From positions 139,626,001 to 139,690,000 of the forward strand of contig CM059432.1 of assembly GCA_030390025.1 (NCBI GenBank): a stretch of 64,000 nucleotides of DNA, written 5' to 3'. This DNA comes from Squalus acanthias. Its lineage: Eukaryota. Below the pieces are notes generated by a model. It made no database searches. It saw nothing but the letters and a program-made list of their open reading frames with translations, and was not told the origin of the DNA. Position numbers and translations under genes: made by a program. Numbering within the stretch: position 1 is the stretch's first letter; the number at the start of each line of letters is the position of its first letter. This document shows positions 1 through 13,500 of the stretch, piece by piece.

Positions 1-400
1 AATGTCAAATTTTAAAAATTCCATAGTTTTTAATATATAATTTTATATTTTTAATTTAAAATAAATTGTTTATGATATTTCAGCTTCTACCTTAATCCCA
101 TGTGTATGTCCCAATCTTTATTTCGCTCTCTCAAATTATTAAGAAGTGAAGGATAATCAGTGCATTTTATTTCCTAGTTTGCTGTCTGTGAGAATTCTTC
201 AATGTGATGAGCTGCTTAGCCAGCTTGATGACATCACTATTGCTGGATGCTGGAGATCCCCAGGACTTGACGCCAGCATGAAATTAACGTCAGGAGAGCT
301 GAAATTCACGCCACTGAGAGCGATTAGATCTTTGTGGGCAGCTTCCTTCGAGGTCAGCAGTGAGCGCCATCACTTCGCCGCTGACCGCAAATTCCAGGCC
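1..400. mobile_element. Right end of a non-autonomous DNA transposon (Harbinger-like)
   Basis: Ends ..gaccgcaaattccaggcc|aat, like the terminus at 44261-44278; left end is outside the window. Confidence 0.45.
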
Positions 401-1047
401 AATGTTTTCGGGGAGACAGGAAATGTTTGTCGTTCAGTGGGTTGATGTAGATCTGTGGAGTGTTGGGGTCACAAACCCCCATTCCTAATTCCTCCACATT
501 GTCAGTTCCAGCGCTAGCTGAGGTTGTTGGTAGGTAGTGGACAGAGACCACAAGATGGGAAGGATAATAAGTGGACAGGTCACCTTTGGCCACTCTCCTC
601 CATTCTCACCAACAGCACTTTACCAAGTGATATTGATAGAGGTCTATTGGAGGTCCTTCTCAACTGGGAAATAGTAAATGACATAAAGGCACTAAAAGGA
701 AGGGAAAGTATAAATTTAAAAAAATTGCTGAGAAGTTTATAATATTCAGAATATGTGATAATTCCTTGAAAAGGAGAAATTTGCAGGACTATGGGGGAAG
801 AGGAGGGGAGTAGGACTAATTGGATCGCTCTTTCAAAGAGCCGGCACAGGCACGATGGGCCGAATGGCCGTCTCCTGTGCTGTATCATTCTATGATTTTG
901 TGCTGCAGGAACAACAGAAAACTAATTACACTGCAAAATTAAGTGCCTGTCACTTGTGGGTTAGCTTCTTGTTTATTTTCATGTACGTTAAGTGCTTAGA
1001 ATTCTCCTTATTTTTATTCTATATTATTTTTATTCTGGTTATACTAG

Positions 1048-1595
1048 AGATGCGAGGTAACCAACATGGACCACCTCACCACAGTTCTTAACCTCAATAT
1101 TCTGATTTATCGGCATGCTGGAAATCTGTCCCGAGAACTTTGCTGCTTACAACAGTTAGTTTCCTTGCACCCTCTCAATCCGTGGTGCTGGAAGAAACTA
1201 GCTGAGTCTTACCTGGGTCTAGTTCAAGCCTCATCGTCTCCGACAGTGTCAGCAGTCCCAGCCTGCAGGGATGGACACTGCCTCAAAACGCCGCAAAAGA
1301 CAGGTGTTGAGACCGAAACATCTAAAACCAAACCTGGCGGCGCAGAGCCTCAACGCGCGAGCAAAGGTCCTTCCGTGCAAGTGGATTGTAAAAGGCGGAC
1401 AGTCTGCCCCAAAAGTGTGTCCGAAGAGGAGAATTCAGATCCAACACTTACAAGCAGCAGAAAGCAACCATCAGGGACAGGAAATGTTGGCTCTATCCAC
1501 TCAGCTGCTGGCGATAGCATAGAAATCGATTCCAAACGTGGGGAGGAGCTGAGGGATATGTGGATGTTTGCATGTTCCTCCTTCGTAAGAGCAAG
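1048..1595 (+). CDS. C8orf76: C8orf76 coding exon (phase 0 to 2)
   Basis: Acceptor atactag|AGA; in-frame TAG at 1045-1047 fixes the start; donor AG|gtatgc at 1596. Confidence 0.9.
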
Positions 1596-4500
1596 GTATG
1601 CATGTAAGGTGTGAACGGGGTATGTCATTTATCTGTGTCACCGGGCCGGATCCTGCTGGAACAGGGCATCTCTCGGTGTGCCCCGTTAGTTAGATTCTTC
1701 CCCGCACCCTTCAGCTTGAAAAAGTTTTGCGGCGTAACTCGCTGGAAGTGCGAGCTGATAACGGTGCGGCGAGGGCAAGCGGGCATTCGGGACCTCGGTG
1801 AACGGAGGAACGACAGAGAAGGAGTGTGAATTAGAATGGGTGAATTAGAGTCAAATCAGGTACAGAAGGAGAAATAAAGAGAGGGAAAGAAAGATTGGAT
1901 AGACAGAAAGGAAAAGTAAGGAAAAAAATGTAAACATTTTAACTTTGACATTTTTAAAATCTCTTAACAACGGTTTCAGTTGTTCAATTTTTAGGGGAGA
2001 GAGATTGATTGGCATTGCATTAACAATTATCACGTTGTTAAAAGGGTACTTGTGCTGTTAAGTTTCAGCCCGAACTTTCTGCAGCGAGTTTAATGGGCAA
2101 TTAATGTGCAAATCCAGCAAGTTCTTAAAAGTAACGGGGAGGCTAAGGGTGAGATGCCAATTATGCGAAGCAAGCTGCGGAACGGCGTAAATCGACCAAC
2201 AAGTTCTGGAGATTGGCAACTCACGGCGTACCTTTTAATCCCCTGAGCTTGCTGGCCGATTTGCACGTTAATAACGCCGTGCGTCGTTAACACGTCATTA
2301 TTCTTCTGGAAGTTTCCTACTCTGTATGCATTACTATACTTATCTTTGTTTTTCTCCCTCTTGCTTTCTCTCTCCTTATCCTTCTCTTTCTCTCTTATAT
2401 CTTGCATTTTTTCTCCCTTGTTTTCAAAAATAATTTTTCTGTTGTGCATAGAAATATTCTATCGTTGGTGATTCTCTAGCTTTTCACAAGTCTATTAGCC
2501 TCTCCTTCATGCCATCCTCCGTATCCAACTGTGGAGTGGAGAGGAACCCCCAGATGAAACTCCCATCCCAGGGTCGCTCGCTCGCATTGAGAAAGGCGGG
2601 GCAGGCGGTGAGAAAATTACTCTTGGTCTCTCCCAGAAGTGGACCCTATATTCCCTACAATCCGGAGAGCGCAGTTACGGCCCAGTTTCTGGAAATACAA
2701 TATTGTGACATGGGGGTTGTAACAGTGATGTTGTGTGTATTGGATACTGTAATCTCACATGAGCCAGAATGGGGGTAGAAGCCTCCAGTATTCTGACTCT
2801 GTATGTAAAGACATTCTATCCTAAAATAGTTACCTCAAAAATAACTCTGTGAAGCTTCTGTTTCTAATTGTAGCTTTTTTCCCATTTGCACATTTGAATA
2901 TCACCCCAGTAGAACAATTTTAAGTGAGTTTCAGCTCCGTCGATGCAAATAAAGACACCATTCTGAGACGAGTTTTGCATAGCACCAATGAGTTTGGAAA
3001 GGACTGGTCTGTGCAGTTTATGTATCATTTACTACACGATGCAGTTTTCTTTGCAGTGTGAAAGATTAACCGATGAAATCATCTGTGCTTAGACTTCTGT
3101 TGCAGGTGGTGAAGCCTCAGCAGGCCTCCTTTGTCCTGGAAAGGAACCTGACTGTCCAAGAGGAGCTCAGGCAGCAGCTCAGCAACCTAGAGCTGAGGGA
3201 AGAGGCACTGAATGCACTAAATGAGGTAGCTGGATCTATTAGTTGCTTGAATTTGTATTTTTAGATACCGTGTGAGTAAGCTGTGTAAATGTTTCTGTCC
3301 AGGACTCGTACAGGCCATGTGACTACAGTTTCTATTCATAAACCCCGGGGTGTTTTTGTGTCTGAACTAAGCTCTGGAATTCCCTCCCTAAACCTCTCCC
3401 TCCCCCTCTCTCCTCCTTTTAAAACGCTCCTTAAAACCTACCTCTTTGAGCAAGCTTTTGGTCACCGGTCCTAATATCTCCTTATGTGGCTCGGTGTCAA
3501 ACTTTACTTGATAGTCGTTCCTGTGAAGCAATTTGGGGCGTTTTACTACGTTAAAGGCGCTATATAAATGCAAGTTGTGGTTCTCTGCTTACTTAAAAAT
3601 AAATCACCGCACTTCAATAGTTCATGCACTGTGTGAAACGCTTTGAAAAAAATTATAAAAGAAAAAGAAAAGACTTGCATTTATATAGCGCCTTTCACGA
3701 CCACCAGACATCTCAAAGCGCTTTACAGCCAATGAAGTACTTTTGAAGTGGAGTCACTGTTGTAATGTGGGAAACGCGGCAGCCAATTTGCACTCAGCAA
3801 GCTCCCACAAACAGCAATGTGATAATGACCAGATAAACTGTTTTTGTTATGTTGATTTGAGGGATAATTATAAGCCCCAAAGCGGTACTTTGAGACGCAC
3901 AAAAGCACAAGTCCAAGGTTGCGCAGTGCAGTTTTACACAGACGCCAGGAAGTATTGTATTTACATCGAGGCTGATCAACAGCTGGAATAGGTTACCAGG
4001 TAGGAGTGCTGAGACCAGGATACTGCAATGATTTAAGAAACTGTTAGATACTGTAATAATAAGATAGTAGGCTTGGTATTCAGGAGCGATAGCCATCTTC
4101 ATCCAAACCTAACTTGTGACAAGCTTAGCTTGATGTGGTGCTGTATACAAGCAGGTATTGCTAATATTAAGAAATTGTTGAACAGTTCTATTAACCTTTA
4201 GTATAGAGTACAAAAGCAAGGCAGTGATGGTAAACCTTTACAAAACACTGGTTAGGCCACAGCTGGAGTATTGTGTCCAATTCTGGGCACCACACTTTAG
4301 GAAGGATGTCAAGGCCTTGGAGAGGGTGGAGAGGAGATTTACTAGAATGATACCAGGGATGAGGGGACTTCAGTGATGTGGAGAGACCGGAGAAGCTGGG
4401 GTTGTTCTCCTTGGAGCAGAGAAGGTTAAGGGGAAATTTAATAGAGGTGTTCAAAATTATGAAGGGTTTTGATAGAGTAAATAAGGAGAAACATGTTTCC

Positions 4501-7500
4501 GCTGGCAGGAGGGTCAGTAACCAGAGGACACAGATTTCAGATAATTGCAAAAAAGCCAGGGGGAGATGAGAATTTTTTTTTTACTCAGCGAGTTGTTATG
4601 ATCTGGACTGCGCTGCCTGAAAGGGTGGTGGAGGCAGATTCAATAGTAACTTTCAAAAGGTAATTGGATAAATACTTAAAAGGAAAGCTTTGCAAGGCTA
4701 TGGGAAAGAACAGGGGAGTGGGACTAATCGGACAGCTCTTTCAAAGAGCCAGCACAGGCACGATGGGCCGAATGGCCTCCTGTGCTGTACGATTCTGTGA
4801 ACCTACAAGTTTCTTAATTATATAAGCATTTCCAGTTTTCTTTTAATTGTATATTTGTTACTAAATAACATCTATTTGGGAAGAGTATTTTGCGTTATTG
4901 ATATCGTTATTCTGTTGAAATGCAGTAATATACTCCAGTGAGTGCTGGCAGATAAGCATGGCCTGTGAGCCCAAAGCGTTGCATGTTTTGAATACCATGT
5001 GTCGAGGGTTTTTGGTTCTCCCCAAGTCGAGTGGAGCATAAGCGCCGGCATGGACTGGTTGGGCCGAATGGCCTGTTTCTGTTCTGTATATTCTCTGTAA
5101 TTCTATGTCTGTTTCGATCACGTGTTTTGGTGGATTCAGTACTTATTCCAAAACTGCCCAGGAGCGTTGACCAAATCATTATTTATTGATATGAGCAGTT
5201 AAAGCACTTATTTTTGATTTCAGTCTTTGCGGAGTCACGGGAGGAGTTGGCCACAAACATCAACTTCAAACTCATCTCAATTTTAGGGGAAATTGGCCCA
5301 AAATTATAATCTTCCGACGGTGTAATACAGCGACAGAGTCCCATTCTTAGACTCATTGGAATCCAATTTTATACTTGCACTGACCTTTTTTTCTGGTAAA
5401 AATCTTGATGGGAGGGATCTTTAGTATTTTATTGTGAGTTTGCTGTTCCGTCACATTTTAATTTTAATGTCCAGTTTAGATCAAATTTTGTCAAACAAGT
5501 GCAGCTGGCACCGAACTAAGCATAGAAGATAGGAGCAGGAGTAGGCCATTCGGCCCCTCGAGCCTGCTCCGCCATTCGATGAGATCATGGCTGATCATCT
5601 AAACTCAGTACCCTGTACCTGCCTTCTCCCCATATCCCTTGATACCTTTAGCTTTAAGAAATATATCTAACTCATCCTTGAATATATTTAATGACTTCGC
5701 CTCAACTACCTTCTGTGGTAGAGAATTCCACAGGTTCACCACTCTCTGGGTGAAGAAATTCTTCCTCATTTCTGTCCTAAATGGTTTACCCGTTATCCGT
5801 AGATTATGACCCCTGGTTCTGGACTCTCCGACCATCGGGAACATTCTTCCTGCATCTAGTTTGTCCAGACCTGTCAGAATTTTATATGTTTCGATGAGAT
5901 CCCCTCTCATTCTTCTATACTCCAGTGAGTATAAGCCCAATCGATCCAATCTCTCCTCATATGTCATTCCTGCCATCCCAGGTATCATCCTTGTGAATCT
6001 TCGCTGAACTCCTTCCATGGCAAGAACATCCTTCCTCAGATAAGGCGACCAAAATTGCACACAGTACTCAAGGTGTGGTCTCACCAAGGCCCTGTACAAC
6101 TGCAGCAGGACATCCCTGTTCCTATACTCAAACCCTTTCGCTATGAAGGCCAACATACCATTTGCCTTCTTCACCGCCTGCTGCACCTGTATGCTTACTT
6201 TCAGCGACTGGTGCACAAGGACACCCAGGTCTCGTTGCACTTCCCCTTCTCCCAATCTATTGCCATTCAGATAATAGTCTGCCTTTCTGTTTTTGACACA
6301 AAAGTGGATAACCTCGCACTTATCCACGTTATATTGCATCTGCCACGCTTCTGCCCACTCACCCAACCTGTCCAGATCATCCTGGAGTTTCTCGCTATCC
6401 TCCTCGCTGCACACACTCCCACCCAGCTTTGTGTCATCTGCAAACTTGGAGATATTACATTTAATTCCCTTATCTAGATCATTAATGTATATTGTGAATA
6501 GCTGGGGTCCAAGGACCGATCCCTGCGGTACCCCACTAGTCACTGCTTGCCACTCGGACATGTGAACATCTGCTGGCTTCTGGGTATATTGGAGTACAGT
6601 AGCATAGCGGTTATGTTACTGGACTAGCAATCTAGAGGCCTGGACTAATACTCCAGGGTTCAAATCCTACCACGGCAGTGTGAGAATTTGAGTTTTAAAA
6701 ATCTGGGACTAAAAAGATGGTAAAAGTGACCATGAAGCTGTCTGATTGGTTTTCTAAGAAATCTGCCATCCTTACCCAGTCTGGCCTATATGTGACTCCA
6801 GTCCCACATCAGCTGCCCTCTGAAGTGACTTAGCAAGCCACTCAGTTGTATAAAAATCAGGGCAACCAGGGATGGGTAATAAATGCCAGTCTTGCCAGCG
6901 ATGCCTACACCCAAGAGTGAACATACCGGACTCGCTCAAAGGGTGGTGAATCTTTGGAATTCTCTACCCCAGAGGGCTGTGAAGGCTCAGTCGTTGAGTA
7001 TATTCAAGACAGAGATCGATAGATTTTTGGCTACTAAGGGGATATAGGGATAGTGCGGGAAGGTGGAGTTGAGGTAGAAGATCAGCCATGATCTTATTGA
7101 ATGGCGGAGCAGGCTTGAAGGGCCGAATGGCCTCATGGCCTCCTCCTGCTCCTTTATGTTCTTATGTAGACTATAGGTAAGGTTCTTGTAGCCAAATACA
7201 GAAGCTTCAGTAGTCATTGAAACTCCTTTACAAACAGCCAAATGAGTTGCAGTGACCTGTGGTTTGGCCACCTTTTGGAAAGCTTGCAAAAAGTTTGAAG
7301 ACTTTGAACCTTCAGCTTGGCTCAGTTCGTGATACACTTGCCTCTGGGTCAGAAGGTTGTGGGTTTGAGTCCCAGTCCGAGCTAAAGCTGATAAGCCGGG
7401 GCTGATATTCCAATGTCGTACTGAGGGAGTTCTGCACTGTTAACGGTGCTGTCCTTCGGATGGGACAGAACCTGTCTGCTTGTTCAGACGTGCGTTAAGG

Positions 7501-10500
7501 ATCCCGTGATGCTATTTCAAAGAAGGGCAGAGAGTTCTCTTGGCCAACATTCCTCCCTCAACTAACATCACCAGATTAACTGGTCATTCATCTTATTTGT
7601 TGTTTGTGGGATCTTGCAGTGTGCAACATGGCTGCCTCATTTACTTAGATAACAAGAGTCATTGCAGTTGAAAGTAACTCATAGTAGGTGAAGCACTTTG
7701 AGAAGTTTCTGAGAGATCCGATGAGGTGGTTTATAAATGCAAATCTATTTTTGATTTTGTGGAAAATGATCACAATCGATATTTCTGTGTGCTTTTTAAT
7801 AATTTTATTTAATTTCCATTGGAGTCCATTTTAACGAGTCTATATGATAAATGCTCAAAAATATGCCGTGCACATTTGGTGTGGTTTTTTTTGTTGGATA
7901 GTTTAAAGCTCAGTCTGGCAGAACAAAATGTACAGTTTATTTTCAACCGTATCGAAATCTATTGGCCCGGAAACATATGTATGCAATTTGGTCTATTACG
8001 AGCCAGAGCATTTGGAAATGAGCCCGGTGTGTTAGCAAACAGTGTGGTTCATTTTAGCAAGACTGCAAGTTTGTGCTGCATAAGAAAGCATGCACAGGAA
8101 TTTGTTTGAACTGTTCTTTAAATAAAACGGTTTATTGTGTACTGCAGACCAAGTGGTTCAGCTCCGTCATTATCCATGGAGCCACCCGTTCTGTTTGCGC
8201 TGGAAGGATTCCATGTAACTTTTTCGAAGGATTTTTTTTTAAACGCAAGATGTTAATACAAAACATCTTCGGGAAGACCATCTGCTGCTTCACACCAGTG
8301 GTGGTGGCGTAACGTCACTGTTAGGGGTCAGAAGTATAGGCAGTGAGCAACGTTGCCGATTCCCTGCCCACTTCAGGACCTGACAATCTCACCGAAAGCC
8401 AGTGAGCTGCTTGCTGTAATATCAGAATGAGCTGCTTGGGGGCAGCATGTGCCCTTTCAGCTTTTCGCCCTGGAAATACAATCAATGCAAATAAAAGCTC
8501 ATTGAAAATTGTTGTCCAACGTACTTGAAAGTACAAAAAGTGCAGACTTGCATTAAAGCTGAACAGCCTAATTTTTGAAAGAATCTTTGGGGTAGTTTAT
8601 TTTACATTTACCCCCTCCTGGAAACATAGCTAGGCAGTTTGCACCGATTTATTTCCACTTGTACTTCAAGTGGCAACATGGGGTTCTCCCGGGATCCCAC
8701 TGTATTTATGCTTCCTGGAGGAAGTAAAGGAAGAGACTAAAATCCAGTCATTGCGATTACCACCCCATTAACGACCCTCCAAACCCCATATAGCGATGGA
8801 GACGATCATACATCAGTTTGCCTGAGAAACACTTCCTCAAGAGGGTCATGGGTTCAAGTCCCGCGCCAGAGACTTGAGCACAAAAACCTAGGCTGACAGT
8901 CCAGTGCAGTGCTGAGGGAGTGCTGCACTGTCGGAGGTGCCATCTTTCGGCCAAGACGTTAAACCGAGGCCCCGTCTGCCCCTCCAGGTGGGTGTAAAAG
9001 ATCCCATGGCACTATTGGAAGAAGAGCAGGGGCATTCTCCCCGGTGTCCTGGGCCAATATTTATCTCTCAACCAACATCATTAAAATAGATGATCTGGTC
9101 ATTATCACATTGCTGTTTGTGGGAGCTTGCTGTGTGCAATTTGGCTGCCGCGTTTCCAACATTACAACAGTGACTACATTTCAAAAGTACCTCATTGGCT
9201 GTAAAGCGCTTTGGGACGTCCTGAGGTCGTGAAAGGCGCTATAGAAATGCAAGTTTTTCTTTGCTACACCTCAGTAGAGAGAGGCTGCGACAGAGTTTTG
9301 TCACTTGCGTCAAGCAGACCTCTAGCCATGCCTCGCCACAGGCTCTGTCCAGTAGCAGTTAATGCTAATACAGGTACAGCAAGCAATTAGGAAAGCAAAT
9401 GGTGTGTTAGCCTTTATTGTAAGGGGGTTGGAGAGATAAGAGTAAGAAAGTATAGGGCTTTGGTGAGACCTGGTGTACTGTGCACAGTTTTGGTCACCTT
9501 ATCTGAGGAAGGATATACTTGCCTTAGAGGCGGTGCAACAAAGGTTCACTAGATTGATTCCTGGGATGAGAGGGCTGTCCTATGAGCAGAGATTGAGTAG
9601 ACTGGGCCTATATTCTCGGGAGTTTAGAAGAATGAGAGTTGATTTCATTGAAACATATAAAATTCTTGGGCGTAGCAGGGTAGATGATGGCAGGCAGTTT
9701 CCCCTGGCTGGAGACTCTAGAACACGGGGTCATAGTCTCAGGATTAGGGGTCGGCCATTTAGGACTTATAACTTCCCTCCCATTTATGATGAATTTTCGA
9801 ATAGCATTCAGTTCTCTTGCATGGGTGATAGTTTTCAGAAACATAAATGTGGGAAATGTTACAGAACTCACTGTTCATAGTTAAACAGAAAGTGTTACAG
9901 AGGGCGAGGTAGAATCGAAGTATGGTGGCAGCAATGCACTTCACATTTTAAGTAATGCTTTGAGATTTTCCACTTCTACACCCCACCCGGTTCAATTCAG
10001 TCAGAATGAATGATGCTTTCATTTAAATTTGACACGACTGTCAAAAGTGATCTGACATTGACACAGTAAAAGTATTTCTTTTGGGAAGGGATGAAAGAGC
10101 AATTTTGTTTTTTGTCTAAACACTCTTAATAGCATGGAACAGCTGAATGGCATTTTAAGTGGGGCCTGATCACTCTCTGTGGTTGACGCTGAAATGCTTT
10201 TAATGTGGGTAATACTTTTAACTTCAACACAACAAGTGGATTAGAATAACAACAACTTGTATTTATATAGCGCCGTTAATGTAGTAAAACGTCCCAAGGC
10301 GCTTCACAGGAGTGATATCAAAAAATAATTTGACACCAAGCCACATAAGGAGATATTAGAACCGATGACCAAAAGCTTGGACAAAGAGGTTGGTTTTAAG
10401 GAGCGTCTTAAAGGAGGAAAGAGAGGCGGAGAGGCTAGGGAGGGAATTCCAGAGCTTAGGGCCGAGGCAGCTGAAGGCACGGCCGCCAATGGTGGAGCGA

Positions 10501-13500
10501 TGAAAATTGGGGATGCGCAAGAGGCCAGAATTGAAGGAGCGCAGAGATCTCGGAAGGTTGTGGGGCTGGAGAGGATTACAGAGATAGGGAGGAGGCGAGG
10601 CCATGGAGGGATTTGAAAACAAGGATGAGAATTTTAAAATTGAGGTGTAGCCGGACTGGGAGCCAGTGTTGGGGAGCCAGCACAGGGGGTGATGGGTGAA
10701 CGGGACTTGGAGCGAGTTAGGATACGAGCAGCAGAACAAGTTTATGTAGGGTGGAAGATGGGAGGCCGGCCAGGAGTGCGTTGGAATAGTCAAGTCTAGA
10801 GGTAACAAAGGCACGGATGAGGGTTTCAACAGCAGATGAGCTGAGGCAGGGGCGGAGTCAGGCGATGTTACGGGGGTGGAAGTAGGCGATCTTGCTGATG
10901 GAGCAGATATGTGGTCGGAAGCTCATCTCGGTGTCAACTACGACACCAAGGTTGCAAACAGTCTGGTTCAGTTTTTAGGTGCTTCTTGACACTGTGCTGC
11001 TTGTCGGTGGCAACAGTCACTATTTCCATGTAATTCATTTATATGAGGGACTTAGAGACATTTCTCAGAGATATGAGAAGGCACTATGTAAATATAACTA
11101 CAATATGCATTTATATAGCGCCTTTAACCAAGTAAAACAACCCAAGATTCTTCACAGGAGCGTTACCAAACAAAATTTGATGCCGAGCCACATAAGGAGA
11201 TATTAGGACAGGTAACCAACAGATTGGTCAAAAAGGTAGGTTTTAAGGAGCATCTTAAAGGAGAGAGAGAGGTGGAGAGGTTTAGGGAGGGAATTCCAGA
11301 GCTTAGGGCCGAGGCAGCTGAAAGCACGGCCGCCAGTGGTGGAGCAAAGAAAATCGGAGATGTGTAAGATGCCAGAATTGAAGGAACACAGATATCTCAG
11401 AGGGTTGTAGGACTGGAGGAGGTTACAGAGATAGAGATGGGTGAGGCCATGGAGGGATTTGAAAACAAGTTTGAGAATTTTAAAATCGAGGCTTTGGAAC
11501 ATAGGAACAGGAGTAGGCCATTTAGCCCCTCGAGCCTGTTCCGCCATTCAAGGAGATCATGGCTGATCTGCGACCTAACTCATATACCCGATTTTAAAAT
11601 TCTCACTCCCTCCAAGGCCAATATATCCTTACTAAGGTGTGATGCCCAGAACTGCTCACAGTGCTTCAGGTGTGGTCTAACCAGGGCTTTGTATAGCTGC
11701 AGCATAACTTCTACCCCCTTGTATTCTAGTTCTCTAGATATAAAGGCCAGCATTCCATTAGCCTTTTTGATTAAAATGTCATGAACAGGTACAGAAAATA
11801 ATGTTCTCATCTACATGTTGCCCCTTGGCGACATCATCCGAAAACACAGCGTCAGTTTCCACATGTATGCTGACGACACCCAGCTCTACCTCACCACCTC
11901 TTCTCTCGACCCCTCCACGGTCTCTAAATTGTCAGACTGCTTGTCCGACATCCAGTTCTGGATGAGCAGAAATTTTCTCCAATTAAATATTGGGAAGACC
12001 GAAACTATTGTTTTCGGTCCCCGCCACAAACTCCGTTCCCTAGCCACTGACTCCACCCCTCTCCCTAACATCTGTCTGAGGCTGAACCACACTGTTCGCA
12101 ACCTTGGTGTCATATTTGACCCTGAAATGAGCTTCCGACCACATATCCGCAGCATAACTAAGACCGCCTATTTCCACCTCTGTAATATCGCCCGTCTCCG
12201 CCCTTGCCTCCGCTCATCCGCTGCTGAAACCCTCATCCATGCCTTTGTTACCTCTAGACTTGACTATTCCAACGCAGTCCTGGCTGGTCTCCCACATTCT
12301 ACCCTACGTAAACTTGAGGTCATCCAAAACTCAGCTGCCCGTGTCCTAACTCGCACCAAGTCCCATTCACCCATCACCCCTGTGCTCGCTGACCTACATT
12401 GGCTCCCTGTTAAGCAACGCCTCAATTTCAAAATTCTCATCCTTGTTTTCAAATCCCTCCATGGCCTCGCCCCTTCCTACCTCTGTAATCTCCTTCAGCC
12501 CCACAACCCCGCACCACCCCCCCCCCCCCCCCCCCCCCCCCCCGAGACATCTGCGCTCCTCTAATTCTGCCCTCTTGAGCATCCCTGATTACAATCGCTC
12601 AACCATTGGTGACCGTGCCTTCTGTTGCCTAGGCCCTAAGCTCTGGAATTCCCTGCCTAAACCTGTCCGCCTCGCTACCTCTCTTTCCTCCTTTAAGACG
12701 CTCCTTAAAACCTACCTCTTTGACCAAGGTTTTGGTCACCTGCCCTAATTTCTCCTTATGTGGCTCGGTGTCAAATTTTTTGTCTTATAATACTTCTGTG
12801 AAGCACCTCGGGACTTTTTACTATGTTAAAGGCGCTATATAAATACAAGTTGTTGTTGTTGTTGTAACTGGATTCCCAAGTCTCTTTGGACCTCCACTGG
12901 ATTTAGAAAGTACCCTGTTCTATCCTTTTTAGGTCCAAAGAGGATGACCTCATATTTGCCTACATTGAAATTCATTTGCCACAGTTTTGCCCATTCACTT
13001 AATCTATCAATATCCCTTTATAATTTTATGCTTTTATCTACACTGCCTACGATGTCGCCTATCTTTGTGTCATCGGCAAATTTGGATATTTGGCTTTCTA
13101 TCCCATCATCTAAGTCGTTAATAAATACTGTGAATAGTTGAGGCCCCAACACAGATCCCTGTGGGACACCACTAGTCACATCCTGCCAATAGAGTACCTG
13201 CCCATTATCCCTACTCTGTCTCCTGCCGCTCAGCCCATTTCCTAACCAGTTCAATAATTTGCCTTCAATTCAATGGGTTAGCCAACCTTGTCAACCTTAG
13301 TTAACAATCTCGTATGAGGGACTTTATCAAATGCCTTCTGGAAGTCCATATAAATAACATCTATGGACATTCCCCTGTCCACTACTTTAGTCACCTCTTC
13401 AAAAAATTCAATCAGGTTTGTCAGGCATGACCTACCCTTTACAAATCCACGTTGGCTCTCTCTGATCAGCTGAAAATTTTCAAGGTGTTCAGTCACCCTA

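Noticed and set aside
5605..6561. 318-aa reverse transcriptase ORF as a host or novel RT gene
   Set aside because: 5'-truncated CR1 ORF2 with a standard CR1 tail; many related copies in the window.
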